Positions 31,377 through 40,237 of a stretch of 64,000 nt of DNA are shown here, piece after piece. Numbering within the stretch: position 1 is the stretch's first letter; each line of letters starts with the position of its first letter. The notes under the pieces were generated by a model. It saw only the letters and a list, made by a program, of their open reading frames with translations. It searched no databases and had not been told where the DNA came from. The stretch is from contig OZ240219.1 of NCBI GenBank assembly GCA_965197645.1, positions 448,001 to 512,000 on the forward strand. Direction: 5' to 3'. The DNA is from Dehalococcoidia bacterium (GTDB taxonomy: Bacteria; Chloroflexota; Dehalococcoidia; Plut-88900). A program made the translations under genes and the position numbers.

Positions 31377-32039
31377 CTAGGACGACTGCTTGGCTTTCCG
31401 GTAGTGCTTACGGGCCTTGGCTCGATTGCCACAGCCCTTCATGTCGCACCAACGCCGGCTTCGGTTTTTCGTGAGGTCCATGAACAAGGAGTTGCAGTCT
31501 TCCGCGGCGCACTTGCGCACCCGTTCCAGCCGCTCCGAGATCAGCAGGTAGCTGGCGGACTCGATCATCGGCCATAGGACCCTATCCAGGGTCTCGTCGT
31601 CGTTGGTCCAGTCCCACTCAAACCCGGCTCCCGTGAAAACGATTCCTGTCTTCCCCATCAGAAACACCAACTCGTCGTTGAACATATCCAAGGCCGATTC
31701 ATCGGGCTCTTGGTTCTCGGCAATGGATGAGAATATGCGGTAAATCGCCTCCCGGAGCAATACGGCCCGGTTCAGGACTGCCTTGGCATGAAGAGGATAC
31801 TCCTCGGCCCTTTTGGATAGCGCCTGGGCCTCGGTATCTGTGATAAAACCCTCCGTTTCGGCCCATGTCACAATGCAAAAGTAGCTCTTAAGGTAGTCCT
31901 TTGGCTTGGTCCTCCCGGATCGATGGTCGAGGGTTCCGGTGAACTCCAGGCAACAAGGGCCGTCCGAGTTACCGAAGGTTATGGCGATCTCGTCTCTGTG
32001 GTCCTGAGAGCCATTTTCATCAATTTCTAAATTAACCAT
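31377..32039 (-). CDS. ABATE / CGNR zinc-finger domain protein (DUF1470)
   Basis: CLEFTGT N-terminal motif; C-terminal CAAEDC...FMDLTKNRSRRWCDMKGCGNRAKARKH. Confidence 0.93.
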   Translation of the reverse strand: MVNLEIDENGSQDHRDEIAITFGNSDGPCCLEFTGTLDHRSGRTKPKDYLKSYFCIVTWAETEGFITDTEAQALSKRAEEYPLHAKAVLNRAVLLREAIYRIFSSIAENQEPDESALDMFNDELVFLMGKTGIVFTGAGFEWDWTNDDETLDRVLWPMIESASYLLISERLERVRKCAAEDCNSLFMDLTKNRSRRWCDMKGCGNRAKARKHYRKAKQSS

Positions 32040-32060
32040 CAATAACCCCTTGACAGGTTA
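32033..32060. promoter_or_regulatory. 28-bp inverted-repeat box 1 (TAACC-N18-GGTTA)
   Basis: TAACCATCAATAACCCCTTGACAGGTTA; overlaps CGNR start codon and the -35 element. Confidence 0.7.
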
Positions 32061-32078
32061 GTTTGTCCGTCCTATACT
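32050..32078 (+). promoter_or_regulatory. near-consensus sigma70 promoter
   Basis: TTGACA-17 bp-TATACT. Confidence 0.8.
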
Positions 32079-32079
32079 A

Positions 32080-32107
32080 TAACTATCAAAAGCATTATAG
32101 CAGGTTA
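32080..32107. promoter_or_regulatory. 28-bp inverted-repeat box 2
   Basis: TAACTATCAAAAGCATTATAGCAGGTTA over predicted +1, just before GGAGG RBS. Confidence 0.7.
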
Positions 32108-32124
32108 ATGAAGGGAGGGTCAAT

Positions 32125-32385
32125 ATGAGTGTACTAGCTGTCGAGAGGGCGCAGGGGGACCTACTCACCCCGCCAGCCGGAGCCAGGGAAGCTAGGACGG
32201 CTGGGCAGAACGTTCTTAGAGGCATCCGGCCAGCAGCTTCGATGGCCGGGGGAGCACGTAGGATGCTGGCCCAAGGGTCCCGGATCATAGAACTGGCCGT
32301 CTTGGGCCTGGTCTCCAGCATCCCGGGCGGACTGGAAGCGGTGTCCACCACTTCGAGTAGGACCGGAAATAAAGTGATTGGCTAG
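32125..32385 (+). CDS. orphan small protein (86 aa)
   Basis: AAGGGAGG RBS and strong promoter; no family recognised. Confidence 0.6.
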   Translation: MSVLAVERAQGDLLTPPAGAREARTAGQNVLRGIRPAASMAGGARRMLAQGSRIIELAVLGLVSSIPGGLEAVSTTSSRTGNKVIG

Positions 32386-32428
32386 CTAACCATTCACCCG
32401 GCGTCCAAAAAAATTTTGGCTCATAGGC

Positions 32429-32456
32429 TAACCTACAAAGCGTTATTAGAAGGTTA
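32429..32456. promoter_or_regulatory. 28-bp inverted-repeat box 3
   Basis: TAACCTACAAAGCGTTATTAGAAGGTTA just before AAGGAGG RBS. Confidence 0.7.
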
Positions 32457-32476
32457 ATGAAGTAAGGAGGAATCAG

Positions 32477-32806
32477 ATGAAGGTAACAGCAACACAGCAG
32501 GCGCAGACCCAGCAGGCAGAGACCCCTCTGCACATCATGCCGATACTGGAGGCACGTCAGAAGGAGATTGCGCTGGCTGACTCCACCGGCGCCGTCCGGA
32601 AGGCCATCGAGACGGGCGTAACGGGACTGAGGATCGCTAGCCGGTTTGCCCTCTCCGTGGCGGGCGCAATTGGCCGGGCCGTCTTCTTCTCGGACGTCAA
32701 CTCGCCTGTCCTGGGATACCAGGCCTCCAGCCGCCGGGTCTTCTCGGAAGCTGACGAAAAGCCCTGGCAGTCCGACTGGCAGCTCTACTCCCACGCTAGG
32801 AGATAG
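32477..32806 (+). CDS. orphan small protein (109 aa)
   Basis: TAAGGAGG RBS; GC3-rich codons; no family recognised. Confidence 0.75.
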   Translation: MKVTATQQAQTQQAETPLHIMPILEARQKEIALADSTGAVRKAIETGVTGLRIASRFALSVAGAIGRAVFFSDVNSPVLGYQASSRRVFSEADEKPWQSDWQLYSHARR

Positions 32807-32936
32807 TCCGACGAGCTAGGAAACAGCCGGGGACGATAGAGGCCTGCTCCCATCGCTGGCACGGTGGGAGCAGGCCTCGTGATATAATCGCCCACCTAAG
32901 AACGTAGCCTTGAAAGGACCGAGAGGTGGACCAGCC

Positions 32937-33974
32937 ATGACGGAGCCGATTCGAATAGGCATAGTGGGGGCAGGCAAGAACACTCGCGATTTCCACATTC
33001 CCGGCTTCCAAGCCGCCGAGGACGTGGAGGTCGTGAGTGTGTGCAACAGGAGCCGGGAGTCCAGCCAGCGAGTAGCGGACCAGTTCGGCATCCCTCGCAT
33101 ACACGACAGCTGGCTCGACCTGGTTGAAGACCCCGATATCAACGCAGTATGCATCGGGACCTGGCCCTATCTCCACTGCCGAACCACCCTTGCCGCCCTG
33201 CAGGCGAACAAGCACGTGCTCTGCGAGGCCCGCATGGCTATGAATATCGATGAAGCCCGTCTCATGCTGGAGGCCTCTCGAGGGAAACCCCACCTGGTCA
33301 CACAGATCGTACCTTCGCCCTTCACCTTCGGGGTGGACGCCACGATAAAAGACCTGATCAACGAGGGCTTTGTCGGCGACCTCCTCGCCATCGACGTCAC
33401 CTTCAGCCCCCACAATTTCGTGAACAAAGAGGCTCCGCTGACGTGGCGCCAGGACAGGGACCTGAGCGGCAACAACATTCTGTACATGGGCATCTGGTAC
33501 GAGGCCCTCATACGATGGGTGGGTCATGCCACCGACGTGACGGCGATGACTTCGGTCAACGTACCTCTGCGTTCCAACGAAGAGGGAGAGCCCATCGCCG
33601 TAAGCGTGCCCGATCACGTGGACATTCTGTGCCGGATGGCATGCGGCGCCCAGGCCCGGCTCAGATTCAGCGACGTGACCGGCATCGGCCCCAAGGACTC
33701 GGTCTGGATCCACGGATCGGAGGGCACGCTGCATCTGGACCTGGATACATTGAAGCTGTATGGAGGCCGCAGGGGCGAAGACTCGCTCAAAGAGATCACC
33801 GTGCCCCCGGAGAAGCAGGGGTCTTGGAGGGTGGAGGATGAGTTCATCAACGCCATTCGCGGTCTGGAGAAGGTCCGTCTGACCAACTTCGAGGATGGTT
33901 ACAAGTACATGGAGCTCACCGAGGCCGTCGCCCTCAGCGCCTCGACGGGTCGGACCGTACACCTGCCCCTTTGA
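32937..33974 (+). CDS. Gfo/Idh/MocA family oxidoreductase
   Basis: IRIGIVGAG, KHVLCEARM, IHGSEG. Confidence 0.92.
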   Translation: MTEPIRIGIVGAGKNTRDFHIPGFQAAEDVEVVSVCNRSRESSQRVADQFGIPRIHDSWLDLVEDPDINAVCIGTWPYLHCRTTLAALQANKHVLCEARMAMNIDEARLMLEASRGKPHLVTQIVPSPFTFGVDATIKDLINEGFVGDLLAIDVTFSPHNFVNKEAPLTWRQDRDLSGNNILYMGIWYEALIRWVGHATDVTAMTSVNVPLRSNEEGEPIAVSVPDHVDILCRMACGAQARLRFSDVTGIGPKDSVWIHGSEGTLHLDLDTLKLYGGRRGEDSLKEITVPPEKQGSWRVEDEFINAIRGLEKVRLTNFEDGYKYMELTEAVALSASTGRTVHLPL

Positions 33975-34182
33975 CGTCAGCCCTCTCAGTCGAGCCCACC
34001 GACAGCTATAGGCGCCGACTGTTCGACACTCAACAGGCTCCGTCGACTTAGCCGGATCATCCCCACACTGGAAGCGATAACATTGGAGTCCAACAAGGCC
34101 GCCGGCTTCGCCTGTAATCACCGTTCACCAGCAGACGGATGGCGGCGGCATCCCCAGACCAACGAACACGGGAGGTAGACCC

Positions 34183-34494
34183 TTGAAGGCACTGATGGTA
34201 ACCATAGACATCAAACCGGAGCACAAAGAGGAGTTCATGAGAGAGATGTTGCTGGACGCCCAGGGCTCCTCTCAGAACGAACCCGGGTGCCTCCGGTTCG
34301 ACATCCTCCAGGACGACGAGCATACGAACAGGATACATCTGTACGAAGTGTACAGGGACCAGTCCGCCATCGATGCGCACCTAGAGGCGCCCCACTTTCA
34401 GCGATGGATAAACGCCGTGGGGGACTGGTTCGACGGCGATAGGTCCCGCCGGGTTTGCACTACGGTCTTCCCCACCGACGACGCCTGGACATAG
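34183..34494 (+). CDS. antibiotic biosynthesis monooxygenase / LsrG-like protein
   Basis: NEPGCLRFD, LYEVY, AHLEAPHF; GGAGG RBS before TTG. Confidence 0.9.
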   Translation: MKALMVTIDIKPEHKEEFMREMLLDAQGSSQNEPGCLRFDILQDDEHTNRIHLYEVYRDQSAIDAHLEAPHFQRWINAVGDWFDGDRSRRVCTTVFPTDDAWT

Positions 34495-34536
34495 CACCCG
34501 TTGAAACTCGCGCCCGGGAGCCGAAATAGACCGTCA

Positions 34537-34736
34537 GATGCTGTCTCAGAACCCCACTTCCAGGGAGTCCAGAGGGTTTTCTTCCCTCAAAGGCCGGTTG
34601 GAGTTCAGTGACACAGTCCACCGAGAACGCTGGAGCGTCCGCTTCCAAATTCCGGGGGGTTGGGGGATGTGCCCCCACTTACAGTACCGTTCCAGGGTGG
34701 GCGGGACAAAGACATCCAGCCCTTTGTGACACACTC
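34537..34736 (+). repeat. repeat family 2 (MITE-like) with internal insertion
   Basis: CTGTCTCAGAACCC...GGAGTCCAGAGGG...GGGGGATGTGCCCCCA...TGTGACACACTC; extra sequence in the middle. Confidence 0.8.
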
Positions 34737-34763
34737 GCTGGAGGAAGCTAGGTGGTCCCGAGC

Positions 34764-35948
34764 CTAATCGGCAGCGGTGAACATGGCAAAGGAGCTTGTG
34801 AACCCGTGGAGAAAGGTGGTGCCGCCCACGGGCCCGATCTCTCCGTTGCAAAAGAAACCGGTCAGCGCCACGTTGGAGACCTTCTCCTGGAACAGGTCTG
34901 AATCGTGGTTGGGCCGGCCGAAGAGGTGCTCGCCCCGGCCGAGGCACTGAAACAGGAGGGCCCCGGCAATCGGACTGGAGCCGTTCTCTGAAACGTACCG
35001 CTCCATCATCGCTTCCAGGTCGTCCGCCGCCGTTCGACCGTCTCGAACGTGAAACTGGACGACCTGACCCTCCCTCAACATCTCACCCACCACCAGCGCC
35101 CCCGTTTCCTGGTGCAGCCCCATCACGTTTCTGATCAGGAAGTCACCTCGCTGGAACTCCTCCTGCAGCGGGTCCATCACCACGCCGACGTGCAGCGCGG
35201 AGTTGATCAGCCGCCGGTCCTCCTCATTGGCTTCGGAAAAGATCGCCTGGAGGGCCTCCAGCGGCTTCTTGCCGTCCAGCTCGAAGAGGACGTTGCTTTC
35301 GCACCGGTCCACGACCATCGGCAGACCTATCGGGCGACATCCCTGGGCCACGATGGTCTCCACCTTGACGTTGCCGTGCAGGGAGATGCCCACCACGCCG
35401 GACCTGAACACCTCCTGCCCCATGAACAGTGCGTTGCCGCCGGGTCGCCGTCCACCACTGGCCAAACCGCCTATCTTGACGCTGCCGCTAAATGCGTAGT
35501 CCAGGCCCAGCAACAGATTGTCAGCGTGGATGGTGAAGGGGTCCGGCAGGATGACGAAGTGGGGTTTGTCGGAGGCGGTGACACCCACCAGGTCCTCCCA
35601 TGAGGCAGGCGGATCGTCCAGGGTCGGTAGGTCTTCGTCGGAGATGTGGAAAGGGGTCAACTGGACGTCGGGCAGAACACCCGCGGTCAGAGCGAAAGCG
35701 GGACTGTTCTCGACCTCTTTGCCGGCCCCTATTACCCCACCTCCCGAGCATCCGACTATTTCCCTCGCCCCGAGGTGCTTGCTGATTAGGCCCGGTACAT
35801 CGTCGTAGGCCTCGAAGTGCTGGTTGGACACAAAGGCCAGAGCCACGTCGACCGATTTCGTTCCCAGCTCGGACCTCACCTGCTTGGCGCACTCTTTGAC
35901 GGCCTTGTCCAACGATGAGCTTTCAGATATGGCTGATGCCCATTTCAT
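34764..35948 (-). CDS. FIST N/C domain protein
   Basis: GCSGGGVIG, DPF, GGLASG, QGCRPIG, CLGRG, GFFCNGEIGP. Confidence 0.93.
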   Translation of the reverse strand: MKWASAISESSSLDKAVKECAKQVRSELGTKSVDVALAFVSNQHFEAYDDVPGLISKHLGAREIVGCSGGGVIGAGKEVENSPAFALTAGVLPDVQLTPFHISDEDLPTLDDPPASWEDLVGVTASDKPHFVILPDPFTIHADNLLLGLDYAFSGSVKIGGLASGGRRPGGNALFMGQEVFRSGVVGISLHGNVKVETIVAQGCRPIGLPMVVDRCESNVLFELDGKKPLEALQAIFSEANEEDRRLINSALHVGVVMDPLQEEFQRGDFLIRNVMGLHQETGALVVGEMLREGQVVQFHVRDGRTAADDLEAMMERYVSENGSSPIAGALLFQCLGRGEHLFGRPNHDSDLFQEKVSNVALTGFFCNGEIGPVGGTTFLHGFTSSFAMFTAAD

Positions 35949-36039
35949 TTGTCCACCCCTTCCGGAGCCTTTCGGCCCAATAACGGTAGTGCCGGGGATC
36001 CATTTCTCGTCACTATTATACAGCCTGGTTGCCCCGTCT

Positions 36040-37221
36040 CTAACGCTTCTCTCCGACCAAAAGGTGTCCCGGACCGTCACTTCTCACGAGGCTCACCCCA
36101 CTCGAGTGTTTCTTGTGCGCAGTTCTGACCCCGTAGTCACTTTTGCCCTGTACCCACATGTAAGGGAATCGTTTTGAGAGACCGAACAAGGCCTCGTGAA
36201 CGGCACGATACGGAGATTCGAGGAACCGATGCCGTAGCTCGTCAGAGAACTTATCTTCCTTCTCGGCTCCGCGATTCACGTTGTCGCTACGGAGCAGAAT
36301 CTCAAAGGCGCTGGCAAGCGATTCGGCAAAGCGAGGTTCATTCCGGAATTCCGAAAGGTCGATGCTTGGGACGCTAACCCCCAACCGGTCGAGCTCTTCC
36401 AAGAAACTGTCGGCCGCGTCCTTGCCGAAGAAATCGGCGAACTCCCGACTCTTCTCTCGCTTCGCCTTTAGGTCGTTGAGGGAAGATATGCGCCGGCGCA
36501 CGTAGTCCTGATGTTGCTTCCACAGAGGGTTGTCGTCCCAGTCAATTTCGGCTATATCAAGCCAGCTCACGTGATTCGAACGCGGGAAGCTCTTGGCGAA
36601 CTTCTCGAATTCCTTGACTGAGTTTAGCGAGTCCGCCTCCTCACTTGCTCGTTCTCTATTGAATGGAGTGAGAAACGAAATCTCCACGGAGTCGGAGTGT
36701 TTGTCCTTGAGCCCCTTACGATACTTCTCCAGCTGGCCGGGATCGACCGAACCATCGCTGGTCTTGACTTCAATCCCCAGGATCCGGCGAGCCGGATGCT
36801 CTGTTCGTATCAAGATGTCTATCCGGCCAGCAATGGCATCCTCAGCGACTTCGGCCTCAGGAAAGACCGTTGCCTGCTCAGGGGTCTCCCAATCTTGCGG
36901 TGCAGCCAGCTCCCATACGGCATTGAACAACGAGCGGTCTCCCTTCAGGCTGTACTGCAGGGCCTCAGCCAGAAATCGGGAATGGTACGGTTCGATTCTG
37001 CGACTGACTCGTCCTATGGTCTCGAATATGTTCATGGAAGCTCCTCCCCCAGGCTCCGCGGAAGTCGAGACGTTAAGCAGAGCCTGGGTTACCAGCTCCC
37101 GCAGGAACTCGATCTGGGCTGCCGTAAAGGGCAGCAACCTGTTGGACGGGGCCAGGCCCAGAGCCTTGTCCATCGCCTCGTTTACCCCAGCCTCGACATC
37201 TTCGGCCGTGATCTCGTTCAT
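36040..37221 (-). CDS. PD-(D/E)XK nuclease family protein
   Basis: NIFE...HSRFLA, GRIDILI...GIEVK, QLEKY, VSW; possible internal start at MNIFET. Confidence 0.8.
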   Translation of the reverse strand: MNEITAEDVEAGVNEAMDKALGLAPSNRLLPFTAAQIEFLRELVTQALLNVSTSAEPGGGASMNIFETIGRVSRRIEPYHSRFLAEALQYSLKGDRSLFNAVWELAAPQDWETPEQATVFPEAEVAEDAIAGRIDILIRTEHPARRILGIEVKTSDGSVDPGQLEKYRKGLKDKHSDSVEISFLTPFNRERASEEADSLNSVKEFEKFAKSFPRSNHVSWLDIAEIDWDDNPLWKQHQDYVRRRISSLNDLKAKREKSREFADFFGKDAADSFLEELDRLGVSVPSIDLSEFRNEPRFAESLASAFEILLRSDNVNRGAEKEDKFSDELRHRFLESPYRAVHEALFGLSKRFPYMWVQGKSDYGVRTAHKKHSSGVSLVRSDGPGHLLVGEKR

Positions 37222-37769
37222 ATGGCCTCACCTCCTGGCTGGGGTGACGTCGTCGCATCCTCCAGCGATATCTCTCGCAGACCTTCCAGGTAGGCGGGAA
37301 TCGCACCGACGTATCCCTCCTCGTCCGATTCCACGTACTTCCCCGGCGGAACGTCTCCCACAATGGCACCCGGCACTCCCATGACCATCTTTCCAGCCGG
37401 CACCCGGGCGCCGGGAGAGACCACTGCTCCGGCGGCCACGATGACCCGGTCCCCCAGCTCGGCCCGATCCAACACCACGGCGTTCATGGCCACCAACACG
37501 TCCTCTCCAAGAGTCGCTCCGTGCACTATCGCGCCGTGCCCCATATGGGTCCTGGCGCCCAGCACCGTTTCACCGTGTACCACGCAGTTGTCCTGGACGT
37601 CCGACCGAGGCCCGATTCTGATCTTGTGAAAGTCGGAGCGGATGGTAGTGTTGGGACCGATCCAGCATTTCCCGCCGATGACCACGTCTCCGATGATCAC
37701 CGCTGTGGGATGTATGTAGCAGTCCGGGCCTATTTCGGGCCTTTTCCCATCGAGTTCGTAGATGGGCAT
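37218..37769 (-). CDS. gamma-carbonic anhydrase family (hexapeptide repeat) protein
   Basis: HPTAVIIGDV, VQDNCVVH, GHGAIVHG; GGAGG RBS before MPIYEL. Confidence 0.92.
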   Translation of the reverse strand: MPIYELDGKRPEIGPDCYIHPTAVIIGDVVIGGKCWIGPNTTIRSDFHKIRIGPRSDVQDNCVVHGETVLGARTHMGHGAIVHGATLGEDVLVAMNAVVLDRAELGDRVIVAAGAVVSPGARVPAGKMVMGVPGAIVGDVPPGKYVESDEEGYVGAIPAYLEGLREISLEDATTSPQPGGEAI

Positions 37770-37783
37770 AAACTCCTCCTGAT

Positions 37784-38056
37784 TTACGTATTGCCGACTC
37801 GTAATCTCACGGACAGCACCTTGATAAGACCGATGATCGCCACCACGGTCCACGTCCCTTCCAGGATCACGAAGGGAAAGAACTCTATCAGCAGCGAGGC
37901 GGAGCAGGCCATGGCCGCTCCCACCAGGTTGAGAAGCAGGTATTTGTACGTCTGCCGAGCGATGAGGCCAAAGAGGTTCAGGAAGAAGGCGATGAGCAGC
38001 AGGGATACTCCCACCGTTCCTATCAGTTCCGATACGGATATGAAGCCCAAGTCCAT
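37784..38056 (-). CDS. small membrane protein (CBU_0592-like)
   Basis: Three TM helices, IGTVGVSLLLIAF, LNLVGA, FVILEGTW. Confidence 0.8.
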   Translation of the reverse strand: MDLGFISVSELIGTVGVSLLLIAFFLNLFGLIARQTYKYLLLNLVGAAMACSASLLIEFFPFVILEGTWTVVAIIGLIKVLSVRLRVGNT

Positions 38057-38236
38057 GAGTTTCTACTTTCTTCTTTTCGGGATGGCGCCGCCGGCTGTAG
38101 GGGTCGCCGGTCGGTTTGGGCAATTATGAGACAACCCCATACCGTCTCGCAAACGCCGCCCCGGATGCTACAATGTCGCCGATTTTCCCGGGAGAGATGG
38201 CCTCGACCGGACACACGTTAAAGGAGACAACGCGAT

Positions 38237-39142
38237 ATGGAAATGAGGACTCTAGGCAGGACCGGACTGGAGGTCAGCCGCCTTGGCGCCGGCTGCTCGT
38301 GGATAGGCACCAAGCTCTCCCCGGAGGAGGTGAAGCAGGCAGGCGATGTTCTGAACGCGGCATTGGATGCGGGTGTCAACTTCTTCGACACTGCTGCCTG
38401 CTATGGGATCAGCGAAGAGATGATCGGCAGGACGGTTCCCCACAGGCGAGCCGAATTCTTTCTGGCCACCAAGTGCGGCCACGCTGGTCGAGGGTACACC
38501 GACGCCGATTGGACGGCTGACCTGGTCACCTACAGCATCGATCGGAGCCTCAGGGATATGAAGACCGACTACCTGGATATCGTCCAGCTCCACTCCTGTG
38601 AAGTGGACGTGCTGGAAAGAGGAGAGGTCACCCGGGCTCTGCTGGACGCGCAGAAGGCGGGCAAGACCCGGTTCGTCGGCTACAGCGGCGACAACGAGTC
38701 GGCCGCGTGGGCTATAAACAGCGGCATCTTCGATACCCTACAGACCAGCTACAGCATCTCCGACCAAGGGGCTCGCACCCGGCTGTTCCGGGCGGCCAAG
38801 GAGCAGAAGATGGGAATCATCGCCAAGCGACCCATCGCCAACGGGGCCTGGGGAGCAGCTTCCAGCCCCTCGGCATACGCCGACGAATACTTTAGACGTT
38901 ACCGGCTTATGGCCGAGGCAGGCCCCATACCCGGAGCTCCCGAAGACCGCTTTCTGCTGGCCCTGGGGTTCGTGTTCGAGCAGCCGGAGGTGGACACCAT
39001 CATAGTAGGCACCCAGAACCCGTCCCACATGCAGTCCAACATCGAGAAAGTGGCGAACGAACTCCCTATATCGCCCGAGGCTGTAAAGGAGCTGCAACGA
39101 AGATTCGATCAGCTGGACGACGGCTGGACTCAAGAGGTGTAA
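38237..39142 (+). CDS. aldo/keto reductase
   Basis: LGRTGLEVSRLG, FDTAACYG, LATKCG, DYLDIVQLH. Confidence 0.95.
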   Translation: MEMRTLGRTGLEVSRLGAGCSWIGTKLSPEEVKQAGDVLNAALDAGVNFFDTAACYGISEEMIGRTVPHRRAEFFLATKCGHAGRGYTDADWTADLVTYSIDRSLRDMKTDYLDIVQLHSCEVDVLERGEVTRALLDAQKAGKTRFVGYSGDNESAAWAINSGIFDTLQTSYSISDQGARTRLFRAAKEQKMGIIAKRPIANGAWGAASSPSAYADEYFRRYRLMAEAGPIPGAPEDRFLLALGFVFEQPEVDTIIVGTQNPSHMQSNIEKVANELPISPEAVKELQRRFDQLDDGWTQEV

Positions 39143-39316
39143 TGGGGTTCTGAAAACCCTTCCGAGACCATCCCCCTGGCCCCCTTCCCGGCCAGGAAGG
39201 GGGGATAGAAACAGTATATGAGGGACACCCCTTCGGCGGGCTCAGGGCAGGCTCTCAGACTCCGGGCAAAGGGGCTTCGCCCCTCTGCACACCCCTTGGT
39301 CTATCGACACGCTAAT
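39140..39316 (+). repeat. repeat family 1, copy 3
   Basis: Same core hairpins as 23138 and 30028 copies, between convergent genes. Confidence 0.9.
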
Positions 39317-39350
39317 GGCGGTTAGGGAGGGGCACTCGATTCAAATCAGA

Positions 39351-40127
39351 CTAGGTTTCCAGCGGCAGGCCGCGGTCGGTCCAATCCTTGAAGGATCCGT
39401 CGTACAGGCTGACTTCGTAACCCAGCTCCTTCAGCACCATGTATCCGACGGCCGCCCGAGGACCAGTACGGCAGTAGGCGATGACCTGAGCGCCCGATGA
39501 CAGCCCGGCCCCGACGGCGACCCGGACCAATTCGGATTTGTCAGCATGGAAGCTGTTGTCCTTCCCCACCAGGTTGGACCACACCAAGTTGACGGCCCCC
39601 GGTATGTGCCCCCCCACTTCCTCGGGGCTCCGCGTCTCGCCTGCGTATTCTTCGGGGGTGCGGAAGTCCACCACTACCTTCGCCCCCGAGTCCTTCGCAG
39701 CTTGCCAGTCCGACCTCACCGCCTCGTTGGCTGACGGAGTGAAATTGGCTGACGTAGCGGAGACCGGTTTGTAGTACACGCCCCGGTCCTCCTTGACCCA
39801 CTGATCGTAGAAGACCTCCATGAGGTGAACGTCGGTCCGGCCGAGGTACTCCAGAATCCACGTGAGCATAGAGCTGTACTGGCCATCCAAGGAATCGTAC
39901 AGAACGGGAGTTACGTCATCTCCCAGGCCCGTAGCTCCTATCCAACCGGCCAGGTCGTCCACAGACCTGAGCCTCGTCTGAGCGTCGAAGGCTTTGTACA
40001 TTGGCAGATTTACAGCGCCCTTCAGGTGGCCCATCATGTATCTCATCGGCCGCCGAGGATCCAACAGCTTCACCCCCGGATCATCCAGATGCCGTTGCAC
40101 CCAGTCGGTGCTTACCCATGTAACCAA
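39351..40127 (-). CDS. two-domain rhodanese / sulfurtransferase
   Basis: GHLKGAVNL, GGHIPGAVNL, active-site YCRTGPRA, LYDGSFKDW. Confidence 0.93.
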   Translation of the reverse strand: MVTWVSTDWVQRHLDDPGVKLLDPRRPMRYMMGHLKGAVNLPMYKAFDAQTRLRSVDDLAGWIGATGLGDDVTPVLYDSLDGQYSSMLTWILEYLGRTDVHLMEVFYDQWVKEDRGVYYKPVSATSANFTPSANEAVRSDWQAAKDSGAKVVVDFRTPEEYAGETRSPEEVGGHIPGAVNLVWSNLVGKDNSFHADKSELVRVAVGAGLSSGAQVIAYCRTGPRAAVGYMVLKELGYEVSLYDGSFKDWTDRGLPLET

Positions 40128-40173
40128 TTTCTCACTCCATGCTAGATTAGGTCTGACGATGCACCAGACGCCA

Positions 40174-40207
40174 AAGAATCCAGGGCTTACTGCAGCCCCG
40201 GATTCTT
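40174..40207 (-). terminator. stem-loop between OsmC and rhodanese genes
   Basis: 14-bp stem AAGAATCCGGGGCT/AGCCCTGGATTCTT with short U tract; weak terminator or stabiliser. Confidence 0.45.
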
Positions 40208-40237
40208 AAGTGTTGCCGAGTAAAGAGGTTTGACCCG

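Noticed and set aside
37770-38123. N-terminal extension of the gamma-CA ORF
   Set aside because: Overlaps the small membrane-protein gene; RBS supports start at 37769
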